32,000 nucleotides of DNA from the NCBI GenBank assembly GCA_963704755.1, contig OY969938.1, positions 4,560,001 through 4,592,000 of the forward strand, read 5' to 3'. Both the position numbers and the translations under genes were made by a program. The DNA is from an uncultured Chloroflexia bacterium (GTDB taxonomy: Bacteria > Chloroflexota > Anaerolineae > Anaerolineales > Anaerolineaceae). The notes beneath the pieces were generated by a model. The model saw nothing but the letters and a program-made list of their open reading frames with translations, had not been told where the DNA came from and ran no database searches. Below, in pieces: positions 8,010-16,493 of the stretch; the first letter of the stretch is position 1, and every line of letters starts with the position of its first letter.

Positions 8010-9185
8010 ATGAGCATAATGGAAAATAGTTTTGATGCGATAATCGAGCGCAAGTCAACCGATAGTATTAAATGGAATTATTATGAAGAAAACGTCCTGC
8101 CCATGTGGGTGGCGGACATGGATTTTGTTGCCCCGGCGGCAGTAACCGAAATCCTGCGCCAGCGGGTCGATCAAGGCGTATTCGGCTACGCCCGTGAAGA
8201 TCCTGAGCTCAAGGAAATTCTAGTGGAACGCCTGGAACGTCTTTATCACTGGAAGGTAACGCCTGATGACCTGGTTTTCTTACCGGGGGTAGTGAATGGA
8301 TTTAACCTGGCAGTGCAAACGTTGGGCCGGCCGGGGGAAGGACTGTTGATCCAGACGCCGGTTTATCCACCATTCTTCAATGCGGCCGAGAACGCCGGCA
8401 TGAACCTCAATGAAGCCCAATTGCAGCGTTCGGCCAATGACCGTTATGAGATGGATTGGGACAGTTTTGATGCCGGGCTAGACCGCGATACGAGTGTGTT
8501 TTTGCTGTGCAACCCGCACAACCCGGTCGGCCGCGTTTATGAGCTGGACGAGTTGACTCGTATGGCCGAAAAGTGCCTGCAAAAAGGCATCCCGATTTGT
8601 TCGGATGAGATCCACTGCGACCTGGTATATTCCGGCGAGCAACATATCCCAATCGCCTCGTTGGATCCGGAAATTGCCGCCAACACGATCACCCTGATGG
8701 CCCCCTCAAAGACTTACAACATCCCCGGCCTGGGGTTTTCGTTTGCGGTGGTTCCCAACCCTGAGCTGCGCCAGAAAATGCACGTGGCGACCCGTGGTCT
8801 GATGGGACACGTAAACCTGTTGGGAATGGCCGCGGCCAAGGCCGCCTATCGCGACGGCCAGGAATGGTTGTCCGAATTGCTGCGCTACCTGGAAGGCAAC
8901 CGCGACTTTCTCAGTGCCTGGGTCGAGAATAAATTCAAGGGCATCCGCATGCCCAACCCGGAAGGCACTTACCTGGCCTGGTTGGATTGCAATGAAGCTG
9001 GTTTGGGAGAAGACCCGGCCGGTTTCTTTCTGGAGAAAGCTCGCGTCGGATTAAACGATGGCCGGACCTTTGGTAAGCCCGGTGCTGGCTTTGTGCGCCT
9101 GAATTTTGGCTGTCCGCGCGCGGTTTTGACCGAGGGATTAGAGCGCATGTCTGCTGCGCTGGAGCAGGCCAGAAATATCGCTTAA
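8010..9185 (+). CDS. patB: PLP-dependent C-S lyase / aminotransferase class I-II, MalY/PatB family (cystathionine beta-lyase type)
   Basis: N-terminal hallmark FDAIIERKSTDSIKWNYY...MWVADMDF, a PLP-lysine region (APSKTYNIPGL), and NPHNPVGRVY. About 390 aa, as expected for the family. Confidence 0.8.
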   Translation: MSIMENSFDAIIERKSTDSIKWNYYEENVLPMWVADMDFVAPAAVTEILRQRVDQGVFGYAREDPELKEILVERLERLYHWKVTPDDLVFLPGVVNGFNLAVQTLGRPGEGLLIQTPVYPPFFNAAENAGMNLNEAQLQRSANDRYEMDWDSFDAGLDRDTSVFLLCNPHNPVGRVYELDELTRMAEKCLQKGIPICSDEIHCDLVYSGEQHIPIASLDPEIAANTITLMAPSKTYNIPGLGFSFAVVPNPELRQKMHVATRGLMGHVNLLGMAAAKAAYRDGQEWLSELLRYLEGNRDFLSAWVENKFKGIRMPNPEGTYLAWLDCNEAGLGEDPAGFFLEKARVGLNDGRTFGKPGAGFVRLNFGCPRAVLTEGLERMSAALEQARNIA

Positions 9186-9253
9186 ATGTTCGTACGAGCC
9201 GGCTTTGCCACCCTGTTATAACTCTTAAAGAAATACCGGTATTGTTCGGGGTC

Positions 9254-9308
9254 CCCGTAATTGAGGTGACTGCCTGGGCTTCGTCCCAGCAATCACCTCA
9301 ATTACGGG
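9254..9308. repeat. Long inverted repeat: 16-bp perfect outer stem plus a 5-bp inner stem
   Basis: cccgtaattgaggtga (9254-9269) pairs with tcacctcaattacggg (9293-9308). The inner pair is ctggg (9274-9278) with cccag (9285-9289). The apex reads CGAAG on the minus strand. It lies 69 nt downstream of the patB stop. Confidence 0.85.
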
Positions 9309-9350
9309 CTTCTTTAGCGATAGGACGAGAACGACGAATACCGAGTAATT

Positions 9351-9382
9351 AAAAAGCAACAGAGCCGTTTTTGCGGCTCTGT
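9351..9382 (-). terminator. Intrinsic terminator of cspA
   Basis: A 9-bp stem, acagagccg (9359-9367) with cggctctgt (9374-9382). On the minus strand it is followed by TGCTTTTT. It lies 24 nt after the cspA stop. Confidence 0.75.
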
Positions 9383-9405
9383 ATGTTTTGGGCGAAAAGT
9401 ATCAA

Positions 9406-9618
9406 TTATTCGACGGGAATCACTTGTGCGGCTTGCAGGCCTTTGGAACCTTTTTCGATAGAGAACTCCACTTTTTGACCTTCTTTTAATTGCTTGTAAC
9501 CGTTCATATCGATAGCAGAGAAGTGGACAAAAACATCTTCCCCATTGTCACGGCCGATGAAGCCGTACCCTTTGGCAGGGTTGAACCATTTGACGGTCCC
9601 AGTGAAACGTTCTGACAT
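9406..9618 (-). CDS. cspA: Cold-shock protein, CspA family
   Basis: [36 protein letters not shown] carries the RNP1 (KGYGFI) and RNP2 (VFVHF) motifs. 70 aa. Confidence 0.95.
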   Translation of the reverse strand: MSERFTGTVKWFNPAKGYGFIGRDNGEDVFVHFSAIDMNGYKQLKEGQKVEFSIEKGSKGLQAAQVIPVE

Positions 9619-9681
9619 GCTTTACTCCATCCGTTCTCAAAATATGGCGTGGCTCCGCGAGCCTTTTGCCCTTGTTAGACA

Positions 9682-9710
9682 AGCTTATCACTTCTTAAAT
9701 TTACTGTCAA
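9682..9710 (-). promoter_or_regulatory. Candidate sigma-70 type promoter for cspA (TTGACA, 17 nt spacer, TAAGCT on the minus strand)
   Basis: On the minus strand the -35 TTGACA maps to 9705-9710 and the -10 TAAGCT to 9682-9687, with a 17-nt spacer. This would give a 5' UTR of roughly 55-60 nt. It is a sequence pattern only. Confidence 0.4.
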
Positions 9711-10031
9711 GAATTTTAAACCCTCCTGACCCTCGTTTTCACCCAGTTGTCTGACGAGTCAAATTGCATATTTTTCACCTGATTTGTGCGAGCAGGTAAC
9801 GCGGGCGAAGCATTTTACGCCGGCCAGGGGCTCGTGAACTGGCCGAGATCGGTGAACCCGGCGATGGATAAGCTGTGGCCAGGCCAGTCGCGATTGAGGC
9901 CAATCGTTCGGCATGAACGCGGGTGAAGCCATGCGTACCCATGAAGCGTTTGGGTTTGCCCAGCCGGAGCAGGGCAGCCCTATTCGAATATCGTGACCCG
10001 CTGGCCGGGCAAGTACAATATAATTAGGCTC

Positions 10032-11459
10032 ATGAAGCAGCGTCAGGCATTCCTGTTGGGTATTTTGATCGTGGCGCCATTGATCCTGGCCGGTCTGGCG
10101 GGCCTGTCTCCGCAGCCGGTCCAGTTGACTGCCGCGATTGTACAGGCGCAAGCCGCCGAAGCCCATGGGAATCCTGTTTCAGCCGCCAGGAATTTACGCG
10201 CTGTGGCAGCCTATTATCCGCAGTTCAGCGATTTATGGGAGCGGATTGGCGAACAGGAATTGGCCGCGCAGAACTACGCCGGGGCGATCCAGGCATTTAC
10301 AACGGCCTCGAACGCGGGAGACCTTTCCATTACCGGCCGGTTCGATCTCGGCAACGCCTACGACCAGGCCGGCGACCACAATGCGGCCCTGGCCGCCTGG
10401 CGCAGCATCCTCGGCCGGATCGGGGTCAGCGACGAACGCTTTCAGGAATTGTTGGACCTCTTTCGAAAATACGGCGATTGGGACGCCGCCACACAAACGG
10501 CCCAGGAATGGTATGCGGCCGATCACTTCGATGACCAGGTCGCTCTGGTATATGGCGAGCTGCTGGCGTATCAAGATCCGGCTGAAGCCGAAAAGATCCT
10601 CTCGAACGCAGCTTTCCAGGAAAACGATGACGCCAAAGCGGCTTCACAACTGATCCAGGCTATCCAGTTGGGGCTGGAGAAAAACGATCCGGCGTATTTG
10701 TACGTCCTGGTTGGCCAGGCCCTGGGAGATTTGCGCGAATGGGATATCGCCATTCAAGCCTTCAGCCGGGCTACGCTGATCGAGCCGGGTTACGCCGAGG
10801 CCTGGGCTTTGTTGGGGGAGGCTCAGCAAAACGTCGACCTGGATGGGTACCCGGCTTTGCAGCAGGCCCTGGCGTTGGACCCGACTTCGGATATCGTGCG
10901 GGTGGCCATGGTGCTTTATTACCGCCGTGAAGAGAAACCGGCGGAAGCCTTGACTTATTTGTATGCCCTGGCCAATAAATATCCTCTTCAAGGCCAATGG
11001 CAGGTGGAGATCGGCGCGACGCTGACCGAAGAGGGGAAACTGATCGACGCCATGAACGCCTATCAAAAGGCCGTCGAAATCGAGCCGGGGAATGCCGCCA
11101 ACTGGCGGGCCCTGGCCTTGTTTTCGGCAAACAACGGATTCGACGCAGAAAGCTACACCTTGCCGGCAGCAACCCAGGCGCTTAAGCTGGACCCGAACGG
11201 CATCGAAACCCTAGACATGGCCGGTTGGATCAACCTGACCCGCGGGGCGCTGCAAAATGCGGAACAGTTCTTGCAACAAGCCTTGCAGAAAGACGCTACT
11301 TATCCACCGGCGCTGCTGCATATGGGCCAGGTGTACCTGAAGAAAGAGCAGATGGACCAGGCTTATCCGTTTTTGAAAAGAGCCGCGGGGCAAACCCTTG
11401 ACCCTGCCACAGCCCTCCAGGCACAGCGCTTACTGGATCAGTATTTCCCCGAAAAATAA
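10032..11459 (+). CDS. Membrane-anchored tetratricopeptide (TPR) repeat protein
   Basis: N-terminal hydrophobic anchor MKQRQAFLLGILIVAPLILAGLAGL, then repeated about-34-aa A/L/Y/G-patterned units (e.g. AWALLGEAQQNVDLDGYPALQQALALDP, ANWRALALFSANNGFDAESYTLPAATQALKLDP). I prefer the ATG at 10032 over the GTG at 9993. Confidence 0.75.
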   Translation: MKQRQAFLLGILIVAPLILAGLAGLSPQPVQLTAAIVQAQAAEAHGNPVSAARNLRAVAAYYPQFSDLWERIGEQELAAQNYAGAIQAFTTASNAGDLSITGRFDLGNAYDQAGDHNAALAAWRSILGRIGVSDERFQELLDLFRKYGDWDAATQTAQEWYAADHFDDQVALVYGELLAYQDPAEAEKILSNAAFQENDDAKAASQLIQAIQLGLEKNDPAYLYVLVGQALGDLREWDIAIQAFSRATLIEPGYAEAWALLGEAQQNVDLDGYPALQQALALDPTSDIVRVAMVLYYRREEKPAEALTYLYALANKYPLQGQWQVEIGATLTEEGKLIDAMNAYQKAVEIEPGNAANWRALALFSANNGFDAESYTLPAATQALKLDPNGIETLDMAGWINLTRGALQNAEQFLQQALQKDATYPPALLHMGQVYLKKEQMDQAYPFLKRAAGQTLDPATALQAQRLLDQYFPEK

Positions 11460-11575
11460 CCGCCATGGGAGGCTTTCGAGCCGGAGCCAGGGTCATCCTG
11501 ATCCCAGTGCCGGAGCGAAATCCCATTCAGTCCTTTCACGGTCGTGGTTGGGGGTGTCGATGAGGAGACGCTGCA

Positions 11576-12241
11576 ATGAACCATAATTTAGCTAGATTAC
11601 TTTTCGTCCTGGTGGCCGGGTTAGGTATAGCCGGCTGTTCGACTGTTGGCCAGGTCGTCGACCAGGCTACCGATACGCCCGCTCCTGGCAGCCTGCTTTT
11701 TCACGACGACTTTTCCGACACATCCAGCGGCTGGAAATTATGGGATTCTCCCGAAGCGACCATCGATTATAATGAAGGCGCGCTGCAATTCCTGGTCAAC
11801 CAGACGAACTACGATTACTGGTCGCTGCCGGGAAAACAGTATTCCAATGTGGTCCTGGCAGTGGACGCCACCCTGGCCGGTGGGCCAACCGACAATGATT
11901 TTGGCCTGATCTGCCGGATGCAAGATGACTATAATTTTTACGCTTTCCTGATCAGCAGCGATGGCTACGGCGGAATTATCAAGGTCAAAGATGGACTTTA
12001 CCAGGTATTGAATAACCAGGAAGGCCTGGAATATGGTGATATGATTAACCAAGGACAGGCAGCCAACCAGTTGCGCGCTGACTGCTCGGGCACACAACTG
12101 GTGCTGTACGTTAATCATCAGAAATTCCTGGAAGTCGAAGACAGTGATTTCCAGTCCGGGGATATCGGTTTGATCGCCGGGTCGTACAGCCAACCGGGTG
12201 TGGATATTCGTTTTGACAATTTTTACGCGTTGACTCCTTAA
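11576..12241 (+). CDS. Secreted lipoprotein of unknown function (possible lectin/jelly-roll-like fold)
   Basis: GAGGAG RBS. Signal peptide with a lipobox, LVAGLGIAGC. The mature part is beta-rich with a DFGLICR...YAFLISSDG...DIGLIAG pattern. The fold is only a guess. Confidence 0.6.
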   Translation: MNHNLARLLFVLVAGLGIAGCSTVGQVVDQATDTPAPGSLLFHDDFSDTSSGWKLWDSPEATIDYNEGALQFLVNQTNYDYWSLPGKQYSNVVLAVDATLAGGPTDNDFGLICRMQDDYNFYAFLISSDGYGGIIKVKDGLYQVLNNQEGLEYGDMINQGQAANQLRADCSGTQLVLYVNHQKFLEVEDSDFQSGDIGLIAGSYSQPGVDIRFDNFYALTP

Positions 12242-12242
12242 A

Positions 12243-13523
12243 ATGAAAGTTTATGTTGATTCGATTGGTTGTCGCTTAAATCAGAGTGAAATCGAAAAAA
12301 TTGCCCGCCAGTTCCGTGCGGCCGGGCATGAAATTATCGAAAATGCGGCCGAAGCCGACCTGGCGGTAGTCAATACCTGCACGGTAACCGGCGCGGCTGC
12401 CGCGGATTCACGCCAAAAAATTCGCCAGATTGCGCGGGCCGGCCAGGCCGAGGTCGTTGTGACCGGCTGTTGGTCGACGCTCGAGCCGCAAGCCGCAGCT
12501 GCGCTGCCCGGTGTGACCAAAGTGGTGGCCAACCAGGAGAAAGACCACCTGGTTGAGCAGGTGTTGGGTGTGCAAGCGGAAATTTTCGATCTGGAGCCGC
12601 TCGCGCGTGAACCCCTGCCGGGTGCCCATCTGCGCACGCGGGCCTTCATTAAAGTGCAGGACGGCTGCGATAATCATTGCACTTTCTGTATCACGCGGGT
12701 CGCCCGCGGTGCCGGCCGCAGCGAGTTGATCGCCTCGGTCGTCGAGGAAGTCCAGGCCGCCACTGCCGGCGGAACGCATGAGGTCGTCCTCTCCGGGGTC
12801 CATCTCGGATCCTGGGGGCAGGACCTGACCCCAGGCCTGCACCTGCGCCACTTAATTGAAGCAATTTTGGCCGATACGGACGTCGAGCGCTTGCGACTGT
12901 CTTCACTGGAACCCTGGGATCTGGACAGCGCCTTTTTTCGTTTATGGGAGAATCCGCGCATGTGCCGGCACTTGCACCTGCCGCTGCAATCCGGGAGCAC
13001 CCAGACCTTGAAACGAATGGTGCGCAATACCGACCCGGATACCTTCACCAACTTGCTGGGCGAAGCTCGCGCGATGGCCGCCGATATGGCCATCACCACC
13101 GATATCATCGTGGGTTTCCCCGGTGAGACCGACGCGGAGTTTACGGAAAGCCTGGCCTTTGTCGAGCGAATGAATTTTGCCGGGGGTCATGTATTTTCCT
13201 ATTCACTCCGGCAAGGGACACCGGCAGTCAAGTTGAAAGACCGGGTCGCGGGACCATTGATCCACGAGCGTAACCGCCAAATGCGCGAGGTGCTGGAAGA
13301 AGCCGCCCGAGGATACCGGCGTAAATTCCTGGGGAGGGTAGAGCGCGTCCTGTGGGAATCGACCAATTATTACGGCCCGGAGGGCTGGCGCATCCACGGG
13401 CTGACCGACACGTATATCCGCGTGGAGACGCTTTCGCCCAGGCAGTTGTGGAACCAGATCGACCTGGTGGAATTGACCGGCTTGAACGAAGCCGGCATGG
13501 TCGGGCGTATTCTGGTTCATTAA
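12243..13523 (+). CDS. mtaB: Radical-SAM methylthiotransferase, MiaB/RimO/MtaB family (most like MtaB)
   Basis: N-terminal UPF0004 domain cysteines (IGCRLNQSE, NTC, TGC), a radical-SAM CDNHCTFC motif and a C-terminal TRAM-like segment. 426 aa. Confidence 0.8.
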   Translation: MKVYVDSIGCRLNQSEIEKIARQFRAAGHEIIENAAEADLAVVNTCTVTGAAAADSRQKIRQIARAGQAEVVVTGCWSTLEPQAAAALPGVTKVVANQEKDHLVEQVLGVQAEIFDLEPLAREPLPGAHLRTRAFIKVQDGCDNHCTFCITRVARGAGRSELIASVVEEVQAATAGGTHEVVLSGVHLGSWGQDLTPGLHLRHLIEAILADTDVERLRLSSLEPWDLDSAFFRLWENPRMCRHLHLPLQSGSTQTLKRMVRNTDPDTFTNLLGEARAMAADMAITTDIIVGFPGETDAEFTESLAFVERMNFAGGHVFSYSLRQGTPAVKLKDRVAGPLIHERNRQMREVLEEAARGYRRKFLGRVERVLWESTNYYGPEGWRIHGLTDTYIRVETLSPRQLWNQIDLVELTGLNEAGMVGRILVH

Positions 13524-13580
13524 TTCTCAAAAAGCATTTATTGTGCAGCGTAGCTGCACAATAAATGCTTTTTGAGAATT
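13522..13580. repeat. Perfect 28-bp inverted repeat with a GTA triloop; the left arm overlaps the mtaB stop codon
   Basis: aattctcaaaaagcatttattgtgcagc (13522-13549), gta (13550-13552), gctgcacaataaatgctttttgagaatt (13553-13580). The inner 16 bp are flanked by AAAAA on the left and TTTTT on the right, so it can also act as a bidirectional intrinsic terminator. Confidence 0.95.
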
Positions 13581-13785
13581 GCGGCCGGAGAGGGGATACT
13601 TCGCCACCCATAACCCGGTGTATAATGAGCGCCATTATGCCGGGCCTTTGGGATTGGCGCCGGCAGAATTATAGAAAAATTGTCTTGGCTGTTCAAGCTT
13701 GTGCCAGAAGTTCCCTTGATTTCGGATTTCTATCCTTTCAGGGCAAGTCGTTATAAATTGTAAAGAAAACAGGGCCGATTTATCT

Positions 13786-15502
13786 ATGAATACACTGAAG
13801 TGGTGGCAAAAAGCGGTCTTCTATCAAATATACCCGCGCAGTTTTGCGGATGGCAACGGGGATGGCATTGGCGATCTTCAAGGGATCCTGGACAAGCTGG
13901 ATTACCTGAAATGGCTGGGCATCGATGCGATCTGGCTTTCGCCGCATTTCCCTTCACCGCAGGTCGATTGGGGCTACGATATCTCGGATTACCGTGGAGT
14001 TGCGCCGGAATATGGGACCATGGCCGAAATGCGCAAGCTCATAGCCGAGATGCACAAACGGGACATGCATCTGGTGCTCGACCTGGTGCTCAACCACACT
14101 TCGGACCAGCACCCCTGGTTTACCGAATCGCGTTCCAGCCGGGATAACCCTCGCCGGGATTGGTATGTATGGAAAGCCGGTGAGAATGGCAACCCACCCA
14201 ACGATTGGTTTTCGACCTTCGGCGGCCCCGCCTGGGAACTGGACGAACGAACCGGCGAGTATTACTACCATTTCTTCTTTAAACAACAGCCGGACCTGAA
14301 CTGGCGCAACCCGCAGGTAAAGGAAGCGATGTTCGCTGCAGTCCGCTTCTGGCTGGATGAAGGCATCGACGGTTTCCGCCTGGACGCCATTGGAACCTTA
14401 TATGAAGACCCGGCTTACCTGGACCAGGCCAGCGGGATCCATCTCGACGAATTACAAAAACGGAGTTCTGCTGGCTAAAACGCCACAGGAACATGCCTGG
14501 GTATCGGATCAGTACGAGCAAATGTTTCGCTACCAGCATGACCGGCCGGAGATTCACCTGTTAATGAAAGAGCTGCGTCAGTTGATCGATGGTTATGACC
14601 AGCGGGTACTGATCGGCGAGACGGACGATATTCAGTTCTATGGGAATGGGTCAGATGAGCTGCACCTGGTGTTCAATTTCCCGCTCATGCGTACCGCCGC
14701 CATCACCGGCGAGTGGGTGCGCAAGAATCAAACCGAGCGTCTGGATGCCCTGCCCGCAGAAGCCTGGCCTTGCAACACCCTGGGTAATCACGATTCTCCG
14801 CGTATGTACGGGCAATTCGGGGACGGCGAAAACGACGCTCGCATTGCCCTGGCTAACCTGGCCATGCTGCTCACGCTCAAGGGCACACCATTTCTCTACA
14901 ACGGCGAAGAGATAGGCATGGTCGATTACCTCGACTTTACCCCGGAGCAGTTCCGTGACCCTATCGCACTGCGGACGTACCGGCTCGAACAAGAGCTGTT
15001 GCATACCGGCCCGGCGGAAGCTGCCTTTCACGCCTCCAAAGATGCCCGCGACAAATGCCGGACGCCTATGCAATGGTCGAACGAGCCAAACGGGGGCTTT
15101 AGCCCGGCCGGCGTCGAAACCTGGCTGCCGGTCAACCCTAATTATGCCGCTGGGGTCAATGTGGCTGATGAGACCGCCGACGAAGGATCGCTGTTGAACG
15201 CCTATCAGCGCCTGATTACGCTGCGCAAATCGACGCCCGCCCTGATCGACGGCGATTATCGCCCGGTGGGAGATGAAAAATCTCCAATCCTGGCTTTTTT
15301 GCGCAACAACCTGACCCAGGCTTGCCTGGTGTCGGTCAATATGAGCGCACAACCCGCCGGCCTGGACCTGGGTTTCTCACCAACCTGGCAGGGTCTGATT
15401 TACTCCAATAAAGACGGCGCCAAAGGGCCTCTCGAAAAAGAGATCCACCTGGCGCCGTTCGAAATCCGCATCGATCGGCTCGATCCGCGCTGCTTGAGTT
15501 AA
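13786..15502 (+). pseudogene. GH13 alpha-glucosidase / oligo-1,6-glucosidase family gene interrupted by a +1 frame change in an A5 run (14456-14460)
   Basis: ORF 13786-14478 carries the N-terminal GH13 motifs (WWQKAVFYQIYPRSFADGNGDGIGDL, DLVLNHTS, GFRLDAI). ORF 14357-15502, one frame over, continues with IGETDD, LGNHDSPR and the C-terminal beta domain. Removing one A from the run at 14456-14460 fuses them as ...HLDELQNGVLLAKTPQEH... Confidence 0.85.
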
Positions 15503-16458
15503 GAGAGATCCAGCTTTTCTACGACCTCTTTCAACATGTTCGCGGACTTGCGTAAACCCTCGATTTCGTCCGCGCTCAAGTCCAACACGATTACTCGTTC
15601 GAGCCCGCCGATATCGACGATGCTGGGCACACTCAAGCACAGGTCCTTGACCCCGTAATAACCGTCCAGGTAACTGGAAACAGAGAGGACCGTGCTCTGG
15701 TTACGGATAATGGCTTCACAAATGCGCAGCAGCCCGGAGGCGATGGCGTAATAGGTCGAGCCTTTGCGTTCGATGATCTCATAAGCCGCGTCGCGTGTCT
15801 GGCAGAAGATGTCATCCAGGACCTTTTGGTCGCAGCCCAGGCCGTTGACCGAGCAATATTGCGACAGGCGCATTCCGGCGATATTGGCCAGCGACCAGAC
15901 CGGCACTTCACTGTCGCCATGCTCGCCCATGATGAAGGCATGGACGCTGCGCGGATCGACGCCGAAATGCTGGCTGAGCAGGTAGCGGAAACGGGCCGTG
16001 TCCAGCACGGTGCCTGACCCGATCACCTGGTTGCTGGGTAAGCCGGAAAGTTTCAACGCAACATAAGTGAGCACATCGACCGGGTTGGTGGCGATCAGGA
16101 TGATCCCGTTTGGATTATATTTCACAATATTGGGGATGATCTGCTTGAAGATGGCCGTATTGCGTTGGAGCAAGTCCAGGCGGGTTTCACCCGGGCGCTG
16201 CGCCGTACCGGCCGAAACGACCGTAATAATCGCGTGGGCGCAATCTTCATAGGTGCCGGCCCAGATGCGGGTCGGCCGGCCGAGCGGCATTGCGTGGTTT
16301 AAATCCATGGCTTCCCCTTCGGCCTTGGATTGGTTGGCATCGATCATCACAATTTCAGAAGGCAGCCCGCTGATCAACAGGGCATAGGCAAAAGTTGCTC
16401 CGACATTCCCGCAACCTACGACAGCCACACGGGTAGGTTTGATAAATTCGTTATTCAT
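15499..16458 (-). CDS. ldh: L-lactate dehydrogenase
   Basis: VAVVGCGNVGATFAYAL NAD-binding motif, the substrate/catalytic motifs GETRLDL, GSGTVLDTARFR and GEHGDSEVPVWS. I chose the internal ATG at 16458 (AAGGA upstream). Its stop overlaps the convergent alpha-glucosidase stop (TTAA at 15499-15502). Confidence 0.92.
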   Translation of the reverse strand: MNNEFIKPTRVAVVGCGNVGATFAYALLISGLPSEIVMIDANQSKAEGEAMDLNHAMPLGRPTRIWAGTYEDCAHAIITVVSAGTAQRPGETRLDLLQRNTAIFKQIIPNIVKYNPNGIILIATNPVDVLTYVALKLSGLPSNQVIGSGTVLDTARFRYLLSQHFGVDPRSVHAFIMGEHGDSEVPVWSLANIAGMRLSQYCSVNGLGCDQKVLDDIFCQTRDAAYEIIERKGSTYYAIASGLLRICEAIIRNQSTVLSVSSYLDGYYGVKDLCLSVPSIVDIGGLERVIVLDLSADEIEGLRKSANMLKEVVEKLDLS

Positions 16459-16493
16459 GGATGTGTCCTTAGAATCTAAAGTCTCGGTTGGGG

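Noticed and set aside
7780-8013. A 77-aa ORF upstream of patB
   Set aside because: It spans the 7806-7848 palindrome and the putative patB promoter. It has no RBS and its composition looks non-coding.
9759-10166. A 135-aa minus-strand ORF overlapping the start of the TPR gene
   Set aside because: It overlaps the TPR protein's signal-anchor region on the opposite strand. It is Arg/Gln/Trp-rich with no recognisable motif.
14449-14478. Programmed ribosomal frameshifting in the alpha-glucosidase, and at 17612-17617 in the response regulator
   Set aside because: Both require a +1 shift. Neither site has a recognisable +1 frameshift context (no rare or stop codon in the zero frame at the shift site, no upstream SD-like stimulator). 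Both coincide with short homopolymer runs, so indel error or mutation is the simpler explanation.
15499-15502. A 4-nt overlap of the convergent stop codons of the alpha-glucosidase and ldh genes (TTAA)
   Set aside because: It is real but trivial. It simply means there is no room for a terminator between the two convergent genes. I have not listed it as a finding.
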